The notes under the pieces are model-generated. The model saw only the letters and a program-made list of their open reading frames with translations. It searched no databases and had not been told where the DNA came from. The position numbers and the translations under genes are program-made. DNA of 64,000 nt from Styela clava (lineage: Eukaryota). Positions 1 to 11,460 of the stretch are shown here, in pieces (within the stretch, counting starts at the first letter, position 1; each line of letters starts with the position of its first letter). The DNA lies in the NCBI RefSeq assembly GCF_964204865.1, contig NC_135250.1:22320001-22384000 (forward strand), given 5' to 3'.

Positions 1-15
1 ATGGAAAAATGCATT

Positions 16-3000
16 TTATTCATTTATGTTCCAATCTTGTTTTATCATTTCTGATGCCTTCCGTCCAATCATGTAACAAGGAGCTTGTGTGTTAGATGAC
101 GTCACATGGGGCATGACTGATGCATCGACGACTCTTAGGCCCTCAACATGCCGGACCCTTCAAAACGAAATAAAGAGGTAAATAATGCGGACCGCTCCAA
201 CAAAAATACTAAACCATGTAGTAAATAAGGATTCTTTGTTTATTGGATTGATATAAAATTGTATAGAGACATATACAAGTTCAGTTATGATAACTTTGTC
301 ATATAGTTTGATTGTAAATAACCAATATATATCAAAAGAAATGATTGACCTACCTAAGTCTTTCGTCAACAACTGCCATTTCATCATCTTCTTGTCCTAT
401 TTTAGCAGTACAACATGCGTGTGCTCCAAACCCAAAACTTTTCACGTAACATCGATAAAATTCATCGGGCCTTGAAAATAAATTTTTGTTAGGGTAGTGG
501 TTTAGTGTCAGTAGATTTATTAATTGTTTGAAACATGGCACATGAATAACTAATTGTTAAATTCAGTTTTTCATTCATTCAGTAGTTATTTTATAAAGAA
601 AGTATGATGAACTTGGATTCAATATTTAATTGCAGTTTGCTGTCACGCTAATGTTTAAATTGTTCATCCATCCAATGCAAAACCAAGACGGTTTTTGCTT
701 TTTACTGAATCGTCTTCTATAAAATTTTGTCATGCTTTACTCGCTGTTGCATAGATGTAAGTGGATGGATACTTCACAAAACCCTAAAAATTTTCAACAG
801 CAGCAGGCGCAGATATTACGTGGGAGAAATATTACCTGGGAGGGTTAGTGTAGAGCGATCCATTGCATACTTCAGGTGCAACATCATCCTAAATCCAATT
901 TCTTTCATTGTTTTTGTCATTTCGAACTCTTCAAGCTTTCTAAATCCTAAAAAAGGATTTCTACGTTGGAACACCAGAAAGGCAAGATTTTATGCGTTTA
1001 TTGCATGTATGCAAGAGATCCTAACTACTTCCTTTCTTGTTTCGCGCAATTTTGACTTGCAGGAAAATTTGCTCGTGATTGAGCGTGCCAAATTGTTGTT
1101 GCCAGACCCGAAAAATTCTTTTTATACTATACCATTGCAAAATTTTTGGTGCTTATTTTAAGAGCGGTTTCGCGGGTTGGGTTTCCTCCTTTCTTTTTTT
1201 TTTATCTGTGTTTAGCCTGCGATTAAATTGATTACTGCAATTAAATTAAAACTCCTACGAAAACGAAATGATCATTGAGTTCCTTATTCATACATAAATT
1301 TCCGAAACAAAACTAAAAAATAACCAATGGCATGCAAAAAACATAATATGATAAAATGTTTACAACCATGCCTGAAAATATCTGAATGAATGACAAAAGT
1401 TTTTCAGTATAGACTGGGGGATGCGATACGGCCTAATACATTTAGAGCCTCAACCTTAATTAATCCGACACAGCAAGTTGGGGAATAGTATTTCACGCCA
1501 TTGCCATCTACTGGGTAGTACGTACAGTATGAATATTATATTTGAAGAATAGTTTCATTATTTCAAATGGATAGATATATGAATGTATTGGTCTCGGAAT
1601 AGATTTACCTTCTATGTGCATCTTTATATCATCTTCTTCCGACAGATAATTTGGATCAATAATAGGCTGATCTGAAGGATTCGTCGACTTTAATCGAATT
1701 TCACCTTTTGATTTGGGATGCTGAACTCCTATTATCGAATAGGTATAAAACGTATGCTAAAAATAAAAGCAGTTGCAATATTAGATAAAATGTTATGGTT
1801 GAACGGTGGTACTTCATACTTCGTGGAAGCACATATATATTCCTGAAATGCCAGATTCCTCCCTTTCTTCATGTTCGTAGTACAATCTTGATATAAGTCC
1901 TTTACTGTACAAATTTCACATTTTGTCAATATCTCTCGTTTCATTGAATCAAATACAGTACATGAAGATCAATAATGAGTCATAAAACTGAAAGCAGGTT
2001 TGTACCATTTGCATCTAATATCGTCAACATTATAAATTTATAAACTTGATATTGGACTTTAAAATATTGTATTTGGCTGATTTCAATTCTTTTCAATAAA
2101 GACAAAAAGAGCAGTTCGAAGCATTGAAATTGAGAAATTGAAATCTGAAAAGCTCCCATATATAATAATGAATTTCTTACGTTTTCTTTAAACTTGAAAA
2201 CCAAAGATAATTTTCCTGAGGCAAAAAGTACTTGAATACTAGGAAATGGCCGTTTTCTTAAAAAAAAAGGATGTTTATTTTACATATCAAAAGTTTTTAT
2301 TTGTTTAATTTTGACAGATTGGCCCAAACGAAGCTCAACAAAAAACGCATCCATGTTTTAGCCTTTGCGCACAATAAACACATAAAAGCATTTTTTGTAA
2401 GTTATCGTATCCGCCATAGTTTATACATTGTGAATTGTTTTGTTCGTTAATTAATTTGAGTTTTTTGATCGGAAAACTTAGTAATGTATTAGGAAAGGGT
2501 TTCAAAATTTTGTATCTTGAATGCAAAATTATTCTGAGTTCTCTTATTAAAGAGTTATTCATGATCCAAATTATTATAGGCCTATTGACTAGTTTAAATT
2601 TTTTCAGCAACACAAATGCTGCGCAAAATATATAGAAATGGTAGCAATATTTGAATACATTTACAAAGCACATAGTTTTAAAAAATTCTTTTCAAGTTGC
2701 TTTGTAAAATATTTTGCTACAATTTGCTTACTTGCTGCTTAGAGTTACGTTAGTTCCAAAATATTTAGTCTTATGATGAAGAACTATACTGCCACCCACG
2801 ACTGCTGAGTTGTGTCCGGTACCGTCCATGACGTAGTCCGTGATAGATTCCGGTGTCTAAACATTGGTCTCAATTTAATTTGCGATATGTGACATTGCTC
2901 CTCTCCCACAGATATCTAAACTGTAGTTATCAATTCCACAATATCTGCGAAATACTGCTTAACTTACCATATCTGTTGCAATCCGGCTGTCGTTTGTGGC

Positions 3001-6000
3001 GTGATAGACGAAGTGCCCAAAATGATCCTGAAAATTAGCTCCCACGCCTGGCATATCCCTCACAACTTCTATCTGGAAGGCAAAAACACTGCAGTCTGAC
3101 ATTGAAATGTGTGTCATGGTTTACGATTTTAAGGTATGTTTTACCAAAGTCTTGTGTTTACTTTTTAAAAAAATAGTCAAATATTCGTAGTGAAATATTT
3201 GTAGATATTTTAGAGCTTAAGAATCTTTCGATATATAATCTATTGACACAACACGAATCTCCCACATGATTCTTTTACTCAGATATAAAAGATCAAGGTA
3301 TCAGCGCTATTCTAAAAACGGCTTGAAGCTTAGAAAACTAAGTCAATAAAAACAAGTAAAAGTTTTTCGCTTAATTTTTTGAACAATTTTTCACGAATAT
3401 TGAAAACTATAGATAATACATGTATTACATTTTAATTCTTTTTCCGCAAATGTTATGAAAGTAAGAGTCTACCTCCATCTCTTCAAGGTGATTTTTCGGG
3501 CCGATCCCCGACAACATCAATATTTGTGGAGTTCTCAGTGCACCAGCTGATAAAATTATTTCTTTTCTGGCCCTAACGTTGCTTATTTTTCCATTTTTTA
3601 TGAAACTTACGCCTGTAGCTTTTTGTTTACCGCTTTTTCCAGTAACAAAGTGAATCTTGCTTACAAGTGCCTTTGTTACAATGTGCAAACTTCTTTGTCT
3701 ATAAGAAATATATTCGGATTTTATACTCTGTGGCAATAATTTGCAAAATAAACACAAGCTTCAAGTTTTTAGTCCAAATCAATTTGCATTCAAATATTTA
3801 AAGAAGTAAAATAATTAGATACCTGAAAAATACAAGTTTGTATCGAAATTGTGCGAGCAGATGCAGATTGAAAACTTGAAAGGGGTATTCACTCGTTACG
3901 GAATTTCGAATCGCGTTGGGTAAAATAAGCTAATCGAGTGAAATGAAATATTGGATACGTAAGGTATTTAAACGTAACTCAATGTGTCGTAACTCGATGT
4001 ATATTTTTTATAGGATCTACACGTTTTACCGTTCTTTATATCCCGATCGCAAAAACGCGTCTGAGGACGATTGTCTTAGTCCCTTGTATCTGGTGCAAAT
4101 AAGTGAAGATATACCATCAATTTCATCAACATAGTCAACTTCCTTTATACCTTTGTATATGAAAAAACGTAAATACATTTCCGAATTTTCCAACATCAAA
4201 CTAGCTAACTTTATACATATTATTTAAAGATTAAATTCTAATTAGATACAGCTACTCATCTGTCTGTTTCATTTTTTCAATACGTCCTCACCGATTTCTT
4301 TTGCCGCCGTCTTCAATTTTGCAGTAAAGAGACTTTCGTAAGAAATTCTGATATTTAGTAAACCTCCTCTTCCGACTTTTTCTGATATTTTGTCATCGAC
4401 GGCGTTTTCATTTTTCCTAAAAAAAGGCTCCACATCTTTCCAACTCCATCCCTTTGCTCCATGATCTTCCCAAGAATCATAATCATGTGAACTTCCTCTC
4501 AAGTAACACATGGCATTAATTGATGTTGATCCACCGAGAATTTTTCCTCCGCAATATTTTGAATTCTAACAAAAGACATACACTTCAGACATACATTTCA
4601 GTTATAAGCGCCTTTCAACTTACTACGTTTTGCATGCCGAACTGGAAATATTGATATTACGGTACTTTCAAAAACCTGCGGAATCCTATCCCGGTGCAAA
4701 GTGTAAAACACATAAAAAGAAGCATTTAAAGGGGGTAGTTGTTATTTTGTCTCTTTTTTGCATACGAACTTTCAGTGTGCCGGCAGGTGTGTGTACATCA
4801 TATACTTCGGAATTACCCCGCAGTGGAAGCTTACACAGAGCCTTGTTATGATTGGAGGGTTAAAAACAAAATGTATCTAATTTGATTACCTTTCCTATTT
4901 CAAGCAACGAATATTTTTGTTTGGCCATGTCGTAGTTCCAATTATAAGGAGATTGTTGCAACATGCCATATGTCATCGCACTGGGAACTAAAGGATTGTT
5001 GTAATCTGAGTCACCCGCTTCCAATAACAACACTCTGAACACAATAAAGACCATTGATGAACAGAAAGTTATCTAGAACAACAATCATGGATTCCGTTTT
5101 ACTCCGTATTCATATTAGATTCTATAGTAGAGCAGGTTAAAAAAATTGGAACAAGATATTATGGTACATATAGTATATACCAGGGTGGTCCAAACCCAGG
5201 CCCGCGGGCCACTTTTGGCCCGCAGCTTCATTTCTGTGCCGCGCGTCGCATTCGCAGAGTAATCATTTTTGTGTTGTTTCGTCATAAAATTAACCAGAAA
5301 AATCTTATGACATCTTGTTACAGCAATAATGTCACTGAAATTGACTAGTGTTATGGCTAGCTGAGGCAACTGACGAAGTTGAATGATGGGCTTGGCAGTC
5401 TAAATTGTTATCTGGCTTTATATCGTTTTGGTCAGGAATATATGCTAACAATTTTGGCATCATAGAAAACTTAAAATCGAATACGGATTCCATTAGCCTA
5501 GGTTGGCGCTATGCCTGATAACTAAATATTAATGTTATGGCCGAACAATATTAGGCCTTAACATTATGGTCTTACAATTCGTGCCTGGTGTTTTTATCAA
5601 CCAGCCTAAATAGTATTACAAAAAATGTTGCCTATATATCAGAAAGTTTATTAATTACCATTCTGTACCTCACATTGTGTAATCAATCAATCTGTAGTTA
5701 TATATAAGTCATTTCGTAAACATGAGTTTGAGAATGAAAACTGACGAATTCAAACAAATTTTTAACTGGATGTGGGAGGAAAAATATCACAATTCTTTCT
5801 TGATATGTCTGCAAGTTGTGTCGGTGAAAAAAACAATTGAATTTTAAACGGCATTTTAGAATCTTGTGAGCAATGAGAATTTTCCAAAGTTAGGATTTTG
5901 CATTGAAAATCTATCGATGTTCGAAAGCACTTACATATGCGAAAGCATTTTTTTCCGTAATGAAGAGTTTGAAGATCATGCAATATAAGTAGGAGACTTT

Positions 6001-6945
6001 TGCAGGTTTTAGTTAATTTTTGTGGTGGTTTTTGCATGGGTTAGCTCTATAAATTCAATGTGTTTGCGCAATAAAAGTGTTTGTATTGTATTGCACTGTT
6101 TAGCTATTCTTAGTACTATTGTGGCCCGCGAACAAAGCAAAAATAATTTTGTGGCCCGTGGAGCCGACAACCTTAGACCACCCTGGAATATATACATTGT
6201 AAACATATGTATTGTACAGAGACACATCATCTTTGTTAGTTTTTGGTCCATGGTACATTTTTTTGTACGTGTAACAGAAGGACAGAGAATATTAATTAAC
6301 CGAACTCACATATTTAAAAAAATATATAAATGAGGCAAAATTTTGCGAGTATGCAGAACATACCGTTTTCATTTCACTCGTTTATTATTACATCTATATT
6401 CATAAATTGTTAGGAAATGTTGGATGCAAAAGCTCATTGAAAATATGCAATAAGTTGGGTAAAATATGGTAACTGATGGTTGTTTCTTGAAATATTTTTT
6501 CCACAGTAATAAAACATTTAAGTTTCTTCCAATTCTCAATCATAATACAATGCTCACGTCATCCCAGTTTTGTCTGAGAGTCCTCTCGCAACCACAGCTC
6601 CAGATGCACCTGCCCCAACTACAAAAAAAGAAGAAAATTCATTGGTTTCCAAGATGACTGAGTTATGCATGTAGTACTGTGTCTCTATAAAAATTTTTGC
6701 AACTGACAAAGAGTTATTGAAGTCGTATACACGAATACTTGAGTAATGATAATAATACTAATCCTCAAGTCGCACCATATATTACTTTCGTGCCTGAACA
6801 AACGCTTTTTGTGCTTCAGATAAATCAATGATCACTCACCAACAATAAAATCGTATTCTTCCGATACATCGTTCGTTATCATCGGGTCGTACGACTTCCG
6901 TGCTAGTAGAGTCAATAGCAGAGCGACTAATGTTGACTTGATCAT
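16..6945 (-). pseudogene. GMC oxidoreductase (glucose/choline dehydrogenase-like) copy 1, 13 exons, +2 frameshift in exon 11 (possibly rescued by an alternative donor)
   Basis: Exons 6840-6945, 6558-6618, 4890-5034, 4292-4565, 4030-4150, 3473-3698, 2968-3072, 2732-2856, 2181-2256, 1609-1756, 836-946, 354-470, 16-157, all GT-AG. Motifs: [12 protein letters not shown] (FAD binding), [65 protein letters not shown]. Exon 11 is 111 nt versus 109 nt in the other copies. Confidence 0.85.
5181..6185 (+). mobile_element. Non-autonomous hAT (Charlie/SPIN-like) derivative in GMC intron 2
   Basis: Ends CAGGGTGGTC...GACCACCCTG, with GGCCCGC subterminal motifs. A transposase C-terminal remnant LSMFESTYICES.. 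lies near 5911-5965. The left flank GTATATAC is imperfectly repeated on the right, and units 3 and 4 show the empty site (TAGTATATACATTGT). Confidence 0.8.
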
Positions 6946-7947
6946 TTTCAATAATTTGCCTAATTTTGCATAACTTTAGCGAAAAAAATTAAACAAAATA
7001 TTTTTACACGTTTATGATACAACTGTCAGTATCACAAATAGAGAAACGAAATTGTGCATTTTGGTGATTATGCCAATAATGTTAATCATTCTATCATCTG
7101 TTTATCCCAATAAATTCGAAAATGAAATACATATCCAACATTTAATGATGCCAGACTTATAATGCGAGGATGATGTAGGAAGAATGTAGACAAGTATAGT
7201 GATTCTAGAGTCTTGCTGCACTTCTACCGTTCTAGCATTTAATTTATGCGCGCCTGGACTTCATCGCTATAGCATGTCTTTTTCTAACTTTTGTCGAGCA
7301 TCGTCATGCACTCCTGATCAAATACACAAACATATTGCATTGCGCTACAACCTGTTATTTAGCGCTTAATTATATGCCTCGGGGTTTGATGCCTCTAAAA
7401 CATCTCATCGGATAAGAATGGAATGAAAACACGCGACACTAAAGTTGCAAGTTACAAATTTCGTCATAGTCAAACCAATTATTTTTTGTAGATAAAAAAT
7501 GATCTCCCAAGAATATATTTCGTTTAAGCCCACATTATATATATAGTTGTAATAATATTGATGTAATGGAGCAACTACTATATATGACAAATGTTTTTGA
7601 AGTTAACACAGGCTGTGGCTATTGTTCAAAGGATGGCATCCAATTAATTTTCTGCTTTGGATTCCCATAGTTCATGGATGATTTTCCATTCTACATAGTA
7701 TTTCACGGTTCCCATTTATTTTCGAATACTATTTACCGTAAACAGCAATCTATTGAATTTTCTACTAACCCACATTATATTTTGCACACTAGCGCTATCC
7801 ATTTTGGGTGAAGCAATAGAAAGTGAGTCACCATGTTTAAAGATTCTGATCGTGAATTGTCGAGTGCAAAGTGCGCGAAGTAGTATAATACCAAGCAGAA
7901 AAGTCGATAAAATGATGCGAAATATTCGCCATAAACAGCCACATATC

Positions 7948-8025
7948 CCGTTCATTGTAAGGATAATTAGTTGCTTCAAAACCAAATACATACACAAATT
8001 TATAGTCTTTGTAATCCCCCAGGCA
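7948..8025 (-). pseudogene. Relic of a sulfotransferase first exon
   Basis: The - strand reads CLGDYKDYKFVYVFGFEATNYPYNE, which aligns without gaps to GLEDYKGYQFMPGFGLEATKYAYDE of the intact sulfotransferase at 57191-57265. Confidence 0.65.
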
Positions 8026-9093
8026 AAACAGACATAAACATGGAATAAAGTAAACTAAATGCACGTGTGTAAACGATACTAACGATTAACTGTTGAAAAA
8101 AAGCATCGGAATTTATGGATTACTAGATTATTATATTGAAATTCACAAACTGATATAGGCTGACAATCTTGTATTCGGATACACTTCATGAACACAAAAT
8201 AGTTTGAAATCATTATCCATCTCTATTTATTGGACACGTAATGGACCTAAGGATCGTTTTGATATTTTTTTTTAATTTTGTTTTTGTTGTTGATCTTTTC
8301 TTTGTACCGTTATGGGAAAATCGCTTTTGTTTTTGATCACTGGACCAATTGTTTTTAACCAATTTCACTGGGTAAAGATTGTGTTATTCGCTAGAAGGCT
8401 ATTACTTTTATTCATTCGTATGAATTCTATGAGACCTGATATTTCATCCAAAATTTCGCTATATTATTTTTATTCATGGGAACACGGTTTTTAGTCAGCG
8501 TGATGACTGGCTTTCCGTTTGAATTCTGCAAATTCTTGCTACCCGAAATTCGGACATTTTTTTAACGGTACCGGTACCGTTGCAGTGACTCAGGTCAGTT
8601 AGTATTCCAATTCACGTTGAAACTGAATCACGAAGAATGGATCTTTGTCACAGGTCCTTGGAAAGCTACGGCAGTTTACCTCCTAGCATCGTTACCGATA
8701 CCCTGTGTAGTCGAGTTGTCTATGAGATTTGTCCGTTTAATCGAGTTGTCCGTGTGGTGTAGCCGAGTTTTTCGGATTCCGATATGACTACTGGTAAGTT
8801 ACGGCATATGATTTTAGGGGAATGGATGATAAAGTATTTAGTTTTGCATTCCGTGTCCACATATTTGAGCATAGCTCTCTTGTATTCATATACATTCATT
8901 ATATGCACCCAATTTCCTGTACCTTCCCAGTCTTTAGCAGAGCCTGTGCAAATGATACAATAAGTTTTTGCCCTTGAAAATATACGAACAAATTTGAAAT
9001 AACCGCGAAATAATAATCTTTGTTGCGTCACAATAATTCGTATTGTATGTTAATTTAATGATATTATTTTGAAGCAAGTAGAAACAAGCGATC

Positions 9094-10521
9094 ATGGATG
9101 TCAGTTCGGTCCCGTCTCACGAAACTACAGTTGGTGAACTCCAAGAGTTCTTCGTTGTTCAAGAGTATGACAATGCTGGTGGCTGCAAGAGAGGTTTTTA
9201 TCAGATATTAGATAGATATAACCGACATCACTATTCTGTTACGAGAGAGATTGATTCTGGCAAAACTCCAATCGTGATTCACCTGATAGATAACAAGAAT
9301 AACAATGTATTGAGAATGGAACCGAGGCTTAGGTAATTGAAAAAAAGGATTTAGTAAATAAATTAAACAATTTTAAAGTGAATAGTTTTACTAGGCATGA
9401 CATATGCAAAACATGTCTTTAATCATTTTCACCTAATTCAGTTTTTCACTTTTAATCCAGATTTACCGGTATTCCGGAGTACCATGTGATTCAGAAATCA
9501 AATCGATTTTTCTAGTCGATCTGAATTCTCGAATACTTATTAATTAGTCATATTATATTTGTTTATTATCACTGATCCTTATAGCAATATACATACGACA
9601 TTGAACAATGGAATATTACTGCTGGACACGAAATGGGCAGACAGATCGTTTTGATATTATGGTGCTTCAAAATTGCGCACCTAGTGGTTCCGCGTTCGCT
9701 ACTGTCTAATCATCTATGGTCACTCGAAGTGGAGACGCCTACGATTCCGTACCACAACTATATATATATATTTCCACTTCAGTGTTCCGTACCGGTACTG
9801 TAAAAGATCAGATATCCGTACTACTTCGTTTTGACCTTCGGGCCCAAATATTTGGGCATTGCACTCTTGTATTATATCGAATTAAACTTCAAAATGAGAA
9901 ACGCCAAACCTCCATTTTTTTAATCATCAATGTTGACAAAGTAATTCTTACCTAACTGAAAACTCACTCTTTTGTGAGTTTGATATTTTCGTTGGCCTTT
10001 TTGTGACTGAAAATCCCCCTTTTTCCTATTTTTAATGAACTTTCTTATTTTTTTCCTATTTCAATGAACTTTATTTTTCCTTCTCGTAAACTTACGTATT
10101 AAATTATATGTGCAATAGGCCGTGCCATGCATTTTGTTGTTGCTTGAAAGACTGCAGTCACAGTATGGAAGTTTCTGCTAACGGTGAGCTACTTGGAGTG
10201 ATTCGTCATGGGGTGAACTGCTTCCTGCCAAAGCTATCTGTTGAAAAGTTCGGACAAACACTCTTTGTTATCAAGGAACCTGGTTGTCCGTGCTGTTGGA
10301 TATGCAAGTGCGATGAATTAGTGTTCAACGTCTTTCTTTCGGATAATCCTCAACCTGTAGCATGTATTGTAAAACTGTTTGACACATGCATGTCAGAGAT
10401 ACCTATGTTCAAAGTGATGTTTCATAAACAAGATCTAGATTTGATTTCTAAATTTCTCATCTTTTCTGCTACATTTCTAATAACTATTTTGTTTTTTGAA
10501 ACAGTTGATACGGGAATATAA
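9094..10521 (+). CDS. Phospholipid scramblase (PLSCR)-like protein copy 1, about 213 aa, 2 coding exons (9094-9332, 10119-10521)
   Basis: A phase-2 GT-AG intron joins ...RMEPRL-R-PCHAFCCCL. It has Cys-rich clusters, a CFLPKLSV segment and a C-terminal helix DLDLISKFLIFSATFLITILFFE resembling the PLSCR C-terminus (DLDVKMKAVMIGACFLIDFMFFE). An upstream exon cannot be excluded. Confidence 0.8.
9672..9852 (+). repeat. Short interspersed repeat family (about 150-200 bp)
   Basis: The core ..GGTTCCGCGTT..TCGAAGT..GTACCGGTACTGTAAAAGATCAGATA..CTTCGTTTTGAC.. also occurs inverted at about 14655-14795 and direct at about 58065-58195 (sulfotransferase intron), so it is not explained by the array alone. 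Confidence 0.65.
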
Positions 10522-10723
10522 CCTCTTTCATGATCATGCAGTATCACGTGCTGAAAGAGCAAAGGGTAAGGGTAGCAATGTATGCAAATTTGTATCGAGA
10601 GTTTTCTGAAAAGCTGGCTCAGTTGAATATATTGTACTTATGCGCAACTCATCTAATAGTTCGTTGACTGGCAATTAAAATTTTCAATTCATTTCTAACT
10701 CGAACTAGATAATTACTATTTTT

Positions 10724-11165
10724 TTCATATTTTAAAACGTTATGGAGGTGTTTTTCTCGAATTTCACATTTTTGCATCAGTGGCGACGACTTTCTACAAA
10801 ACCTCCTTATATTAACATAAGTTAAACAAAAGCAAAGAAAACAGACCAGAAATTTGGTGGTGGAACAATAATTAGATTTTAGCAAAATGTTACATTCATT
10901 AAAAACGGTTTTCATTTCTTAGTTAAGATTCTAAAACAAAGAGTTCATATTTTAAAACGTTATGGAGGTGTTTTTCTCGAATTTCACATTTTTGCATCAG
11001 TGGCGACGACTTTCTACAAAACCTCCTTATATTAACATAAGTTAAACAAAAGCAAAGAAAACAGACCAGAAATTTGGTGGTAGAACAATAATTAGATTTT
11101 AGCAAAATGTTACATTCATTAAAAACGGTTTTCATTTCTTATGTAAGATTCTAAAACTCAAGAGT
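10724..11165. repeat. 220-bp direct tandem duplication downstream of the scramblase-like gene (also about 26134-26575 in unit 2)
   Basis: TTCATATTTTAAAACGTTATGGAGG starts at 10724 and again at 10944; the block is single-copy in units 3 and 4. Confidence 0.9.
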
Positions 11166-11460
11166 CGTTATTTTGTTTGATCCAATGAATAATAATTCCG
11201 TCAAAGAATGAGATCGTAATCCCGAATCAATAGTTGGGTAGTTATATAGAGGAAATTATCGAATTTATCGAAAAAAGTGGGGATCACTGTGTTAAGGCAT
11301 CGATGCATTATATGGTTTTACCGTGTACCGTGTTTACCGTGACATTTTTTTGATATTGAGATTTATCAAATATATTTATTGTTCCAATGCTAGATTAAGC
11401 GATTTATTTGATATCAATTTCGGCAGTAATAGTTTAATATGCTTCATTAAGTATTCCAAT

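Noticed and set aside
727-1161. 144-aa + strand ORF and the many other 60-120 aa ORFs in the track
   Set aside because: They are antisense to real exons, run through introns or lie in repeats; their recurrence only reflects the duplication.
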